The notes under the pieces are model-generated. The model was given only the letters and a program-made list of their open reading frames with translations. It was not told where the DNA came from and did not search any database. Shown here one piece after another: positions 59,475 through 64,000 of a DNA stretch of 64,000 nt; within the stretch, counting starts at the first letter, position 1; the number at the start of each line of letters is the position of its first letter. Location: positions 416,001 to 480,000 of the forward strand of contig OZ245015.1 of the NCBI GenBank assembly GCA_965223705.1, written 5' to 3'. The position numbers were made by a program, and so were the translations under genes. The DNA comes from Myxococcota bacterium (GTDB lineage: Bacteria; Myxococcota_A; UBA9160; UBA6930).

Positions 59475-59897
59475 CTACTCGTTGCGCATGACCGACGCGC
59501 CTTGAAGCGCGAGGCCATCCGAGAAGGCGGGAATCATGTTCGAGAGGACGGGGAACTGGAACGCGTAATCCACGCGAACCGTCGCGTTCGTTCCCGCGTC
59601 CCCGCATGCATTGGTGGTGGTCACGGTGACTTCGCCGGCGGGGATCCCGGCCGCGGCGACAAACTGGTTCACAATGGCTTCGACTTGCGTTTCGGCGGTC
59701 GCCGGATCGCAACCGGCCAGCGAAGCCACTCGCGCACCTTCGCGCGACGCGGCGGACAGGACCTGCCAGCGCTGGAACGCGATGCCCCACTCGATCACCG
59801 CGAACAGGATCAGCGCGAGGAGCGGCATGATGATCGCCATTTCGACCATTGCCGTTCCGCGAGTCGCCTTCTGTCGATGTCGCAACGCTATGCCCAT
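59475..59897 (-). CDS. tadE: TadE-like pseudopilin
   Basis: RG|TAMVEMAIIMPLL and AASREGAR. Confidence 0.88.
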   Translation of the reverse strand: MGIALRHRQKATRGTAMVEMAIIMPLLALILFAVIEWGIAFQRWQVLSAASREGARVASLAGCDPATAETQVEAIVNQFVAAAGIPAGEVTVTTTNACGDAGTNATVRVDYAFQFPVLSNMIPAFSDGLALQGASVMRNE

Positions 59898-60568
59898 GGT
59901 GTCCCCCAAAGGAACTGCGCAGTAACCGAGCACCCCAGCACACAGGCGAAGGGCAGTACTCGCGTCGCCGCGGATCCTGCTTCGGGCGCCAAGTAAGTGA
60001 ACCGTTTGGTGTAAAAGGTGATGACGAAACTGCCGGCCCATCGGGTCAGGGCGTCCCAAAGTCCCCGATGCAGCAACAAGATGGCAACTCCGCACACCCC
60101 GCCGAGCAACGCCGACCAAACCAGCAACGAAGCGAGCACCGGAGCACCAAACCACGCGCCGAGCGCCATCGCGGCTTTGACATCCCCGGCGCCGAGGAAG
60201 CCCGTGACGTAGGGGAGGAGCAGGATTGCGAAGCCCGCGCCGATGCCGGCGAACGCGAAGCCCGCGCCGGAGACGCCAGAGAGCGCGGTGTGAAACAACA
60301 CAGCCGCGAACATCGCCGCGGCGTTGAGTGCGTTCGGAATACGAAAGCTTCGCACGTCGAAATAGACGGCGAGGGGGAGGAAGGCCGCTGCCCACACGAG
60401 CGTGGGCAGCGGCTCCTCGGCTCCGGTCGCGAGCAGTCCTACGACGAGCAGTCCCGCGAAAAGGAAAGAGCACGCGGAACGTCGCCGGGTCGTTGCGCTA
60501 GACGAACGTACCGGTTGCGGTGCGTCGGTGCGCGCGACACCGTCTGTAGAAGTGCACGACATCTCCAT
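59888..60568 (-). CDS. cpaA: prepilin peptidase CpaA/TadV (A24 family)
   Basis: DVRSFRIPN, LGAGDVK, LPFA; start uncertain. Confidence 0.88.
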   Translation of the reverse strand: MEMSCTSTDGVARTDAPQPVRSSSATTRRRSACSFLFAGLLVVGLLATGAEEPLPTLVWAAAFLPLAVYFDVRSFRIPNALNAAAMFAAVLFHTALSGVSGAGFAFAGIGAGFAILLLPYVTGFLGAGDVKAAMALGAWFGAPVLASLLVWSALLGGVCGVAILLLHRGLWDALTRWAGSFVITFYTKRFTYLAPEAGSAATRVLPFACVLGCSVTAQFLWGTPWA

Positions 60569-60593
60569 CTCTACTGAGAAAGAGGGGCCGGAG

Positions 60594-60767
60594 CTATTCC
60601 AGGTTCGTGATTTCGTCTTCGACGATTTGAAGGGCTTGCCCGATCGCTTCATCGAGTTCCGTCCACGCCGTAATGGCAGCGACTGCGAACACGACTGCGA
60701 CGATGGTCCACTCGACCATCTCCATGCCGTTCTCGTCTCGAACAAAATCCTTGAAGAACTTCAGCAT
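60594..60767 (-). CDS. flp: Flp/type IVc pilin
   Basis: FVRDENG|MEMVEW followed by a hydrophobic helix; 57 aa; GAGG SD. Confidence 0.88.
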   Translation of the reverse strand: MLKFFKDFVRDENGMEMVEWTIVAVVFAVAAITAWTELDEAIGQALQIVEDEITNLE

Positions 60768-60898
60768 CTTCCACCTCACCTGCCAGCGCTGGCTGGCGCA
60801 CGAACGCCAGTCCCCACCGAAAACTAAGTGGCACAGAGACACTCGTACGTGACGAGCGAATCGAACCCCATCGCCGATTACCCGGCCGACTTTCCTAT

Positions 60899-60914
60899 CG
60901 CAAACCGCGTGCCG
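60899..60914 (-). promoter_or_regulatory. sigma54 (-24/-12) promoter upstream of flp
   Basis: Minus strand CGGCACGCGGTTTGCG = GG-N10-GC with GGCAC and TTGC. Confidence 0.8.
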
Positions 60915-61015
60915 CGGAGCGCCGCAGCCTGGAACGGGAAGACAATCAATGAACTCGGGAGAGGAATGCGCGAACGTTGCGCGTGCAGCCCGCGCGCATG
61001 GTGGCAAGCGAGTGC

Positions 61016-62140
61016 CTACTTAACGACGCGCAGGGGGGTCTCGGTCAAAATTGACGTCAGGATGTCGTCGAGTTCATCGGCGTTGGGCGTCGTAAAGTAC
61101 TGACCGAACCCTGTCGTCATCTGTTGCATGAAGTTCGGATTGACAAGATGTTCGACGTCCTGGCACAGCATCGTGGGGTTCATCGTCACCTCGTAATAGA
61201 TCGCGAACGTTGAGATTCCTTCGGCTTCGGCCCTGTCTCGTGCCGCCAGGGCTTCGTTGATGCGCTGTTGTGTGAGAGCCTCGTTGGCTCTGGCACAGGG
61301 AACGCCATCCGAGACGAGAACGACGACGCGGGATCCGTCGCGCTGTTCCGCCGCGAGCAGAGTGTCGATAGCCTCGTTCAGGCCGGCGCCGATGTGGGTG
61401 CCATCGCAGGGGAAGAAACCTGCGCTGGCGCACCAATTGCCATCGAGCGCTGAGATTGCATCCAAGGTCGGCGGTAGCGCCTCAGGGAGCGCCGACAGCG
61501 GGCTGTCTACCTGAGAGGCCTCATTAAAAGACACGAGCCCCAACCGATCCCCAGCGATGGACTGATCGGACATCAGGTTCGAGAAAGAGCTAAGGGCGGC
61601 GATTGCGTCAGCTCGATCGTCGTGGAATGAGCGCGAAATGTCCTGAGCCATCATCACGTCCCGGGTTCCGATCCCCGCGACCGAAGACGCGCGCACGTTC
61701 GCCGTGTCCTTTCCCAAGAGCGGGGCGAAGAAGAGATCGAGGGGGCCTCCGGGTGAGCCGTTCGTGCGGCGGGCCGTCACGCGGACGGCGGAGATTCCGC
61801 CGAGGCCGCCGGGGGTGAACGTGCCGGTTGCGTAGTCGAAGCTGCCGAACTGCACGTCGGAGGCGTCGATTTCCACGGGGTCGCCGCCGGCGCGGTGGAG
61901 GCCGGCGACTTCGATCGCGGCGTTGATGGCTTCGCTCTGGAGAAGGCCTCCGCGCACTTCGGCCATCGCCGCGAGGGCGGCGGCGTCGGCGGCGTTCTGC
62001 AGTTGCGTGCGGGTTGCCAGCATGAGGCCGTTATCGATCGAGAGCGATACGGCACCCAGCAAGGCGATGAGCGCAGCGAGTACCAGCACCGTGACGGTGC
62101 CGCGGCTTCGACGCGCCGAATTTCGTTTGAAGGAAGGCAT
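61016..62140 (-). CDS. tadG: TadG-like pseudopilin/adhesin with C-terminal vWA domain
   Basis: RG|TVTVLV, LQNAADAAALA, MIDAS DISRS, THIGAGL, LVSDG. Confidence 0.85.
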   Translation of the reverse strand: MPSFKRNSARRSRGTVTVLVLAALIALLGAVSLSIDNGLMLATRTQLQNAADAAALAAMAEVRGGLLQSEAINAAIEVAGLHRAGGDPVEIDASDVQFGSFDYATGTFTPGGLGGISAVRVTARRTNGSPGGPLDLFFAPLLGKDTANVRASSVAGIGTRDVMMAQDISRSFHDDRADAIAALSSFSNLMSDQSIAGDRLGLVSFNEASQVDSPLSALPEALPPTLDAISALDGNWCASAGFFPCDGTHIGAGLNEAIDTLLAAEQRDGSRVVVLVSDGVPCARANEALTQQRINEALAARDRAEAEGISTFAIYYEVTMNPTMLCQDVEHLVNPNFMQQMTTGFGQYFTTPNADELDDILTSILTETPLRVVK

Positions 62141-62221
62141 CCCAGCTACTCCGCTCCTCGCCGGGACGAGCCCGCGGGAGTCGTTCCAGAAACGCGGACA
62201 GATCTCCACGGCGAGTTACTA

Positions 62222-62237
62222 CGCAAACCCTGTGCCT
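62222..62237 (-). promoter_or_regulatory. sigma54 (-24/-12) promoter upstream of tadG
   Basis: Minus strand AGGCACAGGGTTTGCG = GG-N10-GC. Confidence 0.78.
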
Positions 62238-62385
62238 CTGGGCGCTGCGGGCGACGAAGCTTCGCGTCGGCGGGTCGTTGCCGCGATTGGCTGCGGGCGG
62301 GCTGCCGCTGCTCCCACGCCGAAAAGTGGGTGAAGTTGTTCCCAGGAAGGGAACCGCCCTATATGTAGGAACCGGCGGGGGAACG

Positions 62386-63288
62386 ATGTCGGCCCGGAAG
62401 CGCGCTCATATTTTCGACAGTCACGTGTACATCTTTCGGGCCTATTACTCGTTGCCCGAAATGGAGGCGCCGGACGGCACGCCCACCGCCGCCGTCTACG
62501 GGTTCGCGAACACGCTCCTCAAGTACCTGGCGGAAGAGACGCCGACCCACATCGCTTGCTGCTTCGATCACGCGATGACGAGCTTCCGCAACGAGCTCTT
62601 CTCGGGCTACAAGGCGTCTCGGCTCGAAGCGCCGGCCGATCTCGAACCCCAGTTCGGATTGTGCGTCGAGGTCGCCGAAGCGCTCGGGATCGCTTCATTC
62701 TCGGAGCCGGATTTCGAAGCGGACGACCTGATCGGCACGCTGACGGAGCGGTTCGCCAGTGAGGGCGCGAGCGTCCGGGTGATCAGCTCCGACAAGGATC
62801 TCTCGCAGCTCGTCACCGAGAACGGCAAGGTCACACTCTTCGACCTCGCTCGCGACCGTGAGTTCGACGCGGACGGCGTGCGCGAGAAGTTCGGCGTCTC
62901 CCCCGAACAGATCCCCGACTATCTGGGTCTCGTCGGGGACGCGGTGGATGAGCTCCCGGGGGTGCCGGGAGTCGGGCCGAAGAGCGCCGCCGCCGCACTC
63001 GGCGCTTTCGGAGCACTCGACGCATTTCCGGAGAGCCTCAACGTTTGGGAAGGTGTGCCGATCCGCGGCGCGCGACGACTCGGCGAGCGCGTCAACGAGC
63101 ACCGGGAGCACGCCGCGAAGATCCGCGACCTAGCGACGGTCGTGCGCGACGTGCCCGGACTGTCGCGCGTGCGTTTCGGCGATGTCGTGTACCGCGGCGC
63201 CGACCGGGAGCGCGTAGAGTCACTGTTCGAGCGCCTCGGATGGGGCCAGATCGCTACGCGTGTCCCCCAGTTTGCCCCCAGGGACTGA
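62386..63288 (+). CDS. stand-alone 5'-3' exonuclease/flap endonuclease (PolA N-terminal domain-like)
   Basis: FRAYY, SFRNELFSGYKA, FEADDLIGT, SSDKDLSQL, LVGDAVD, PGVPGVGPKSA. Confidence 0.92.
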   Translation: MSARKRAHIFDSHVYIFRAYYSLPEMEAPDGTPTAAVYGFANTLLKYLAEETPTHIACCFDHAMTSFRNELFSGYKASRLEAPADLEPQFGLCVEVAEALGIASFSEPDFEADDLIGTLTERFASEGASVRVISSDKDLSQLVTENGKVTLFDLARDREFDADGVREKFGVSPEQIPDYLGLVGDAVDELPGVPGVGPKSAAAALGAFGALDAFPESLNVWEGVPIRGARRLGERVNEHREHAAKIRDLATVVRDVPGLSRVRFGDVVYRGADRERVESLFERLGWGQIATRVPQFAPRD

Positions 63289-63333
63289 AATTTCCCCAAC
63301 CCTCGACCCGAACCCAGTAAGATCGGGATCCCC

Positions 63334-63350
63334 CGATGGACCGTCCATCG
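63334..63350. promoter_or_regulatory. perfect 17-bp palindrome (CGATGGAC-C-GTCCATCG), candidate repressor operator
   Basis: Lies just downstream of a TAAGAT -10-like hexamer (63318-63323) and upstream of the GGAGG SD. Confidence 0.5.
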
Positions 63351-63383
63351 AGCTAACCGCAGGACTTTTTGGAGGAGCTTTTG

Positions 63384-64000
63384 ATGGAACTCTTTACGAC
63401 TGCCGACGGCTGGCAATTCCTGTTTCGATGGATCCACTTCCTCGCAGGCATTACTTGGATCGGCGTCCTCTACTACTTCAACTTCATTCAAACGCCGTTC
63501 TTCGGGACGGACCTCGGGGGGCAAGCCCGCGGCTTCGTCACTCGCGGCCTTGTGCCCAACGCGCTCTGGTGGTTCCGCTGGGGCGCCATGTTCACCTTCA
63601 TTTCCGGCTGGCTCATCATCTTCATGCGCCTGCATCAGGGCGTGGCTCTCACCGACGGCTACATGACCCGCATCCTGACGGGCGGCATCATGGGCAGCTT
63701 CATGTGGTTCAACGTCTGGTTCGTCATCTGGCCGATCCAGCAGAAAGTGATCGCGTCGGCGAACGCGGTGGCCGGCGGCGGCGAAGCCGATCCCGAGGCG
63801 GCCGCCCTCGCGCCGAAGGCGGCCAATGCATCTCGTACGAACACGCTGTTCTCGATCCCGATGCTGTTCTTCATGGCGTCGGCGAGCCACTTGGTGAGCT
63901 TCAACAACGGCACCAACGACATGATGTACTGGATCGCCGCGGCCATTCTCATCCTGCTCGTCGAGGTGAACGGCATCTCCGCACCTGGCAAGGGAAGCCA
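63384..64000 (+). CDS. PuuD/DUF989 (urate hydroxylase N-terminal)-like membrane protein, truncated by the window edge
   Basis: Manual translation: RWIHFLAGITWIGVLYYFNFIQ, ALWWFRWGA, MWFNVWFVIWPIQQKV, SRTNTLFSIPMLFFM; absent from the ORF track because there is no stop in the window. Confidence 0.8.
   Translation, partial: MELFTTADGWQFLFRWIHFLAGITWIGVLYYFNFIQTPFFGTDLGGQARGFVTRGLVPNALWWFRWGAMFTFISGWLIIFMRLHQGVALTDGYMTRILTGGIMGSFMWFNVWFVIWPIQQKVIASANAVAGGGEADPEAAALAPKAANASRTNTLFSIPMLFFMASASHLVSFNNGTNDMMYWIAAAILILLVEVNGISAPGKGS

Overview
GC-rich bacterial chromosomal segment (roughly two-thirds GC), densely coding, with no rRNA, tRNA, CRISPR array or transposase that I can recognise. Gene content loosely suggests a Myxococcota/deltaproteobacterial-like lineage (inference only). 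Main blocks: (1) a type II fatty-acid-synthase-like operon (fabH fragment, fabG, fabZ, fabF, ACP, PlsC-type acyltransferase, PPTase) ending in a single-chain ~1,860-aa biotin-dependent carboxylase with eukaryotic ACC-like architecture; (2) housekeeping genes (map, argD, folB, sfsA, mutY, Smr, aroC, pckA, ClC, thiC, acs, pepP, rnd, proS); (3) a YCF48-like plus MMPL/RND pair; (4) a Wss1/WLM-like zinc protease ending in a perfect beta-clamp motif (QLSLF), divergent from a stand-alone Lon N-domain gene and a degenerate DnaA paralogue with a structured leader; (5) cofG/cofH and an LLM oxidoreductase; (6) a Tad/Flp pilus locus with two sigma54 promoter matches and a tadG with a sharp GC shift. The strongest candidates for something new are the clamp-motif protease/LonN/DnaA-paralogue module and the eukaryote-type ACC beside a specialised FAS II. 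Other signals are two tandem duplications of gene 3' ends (one forms a chain of translationally coupled mini-ORFs) and recurrent leaderless-type promoters. All calls are by-eye motif recognition; no searches were run.
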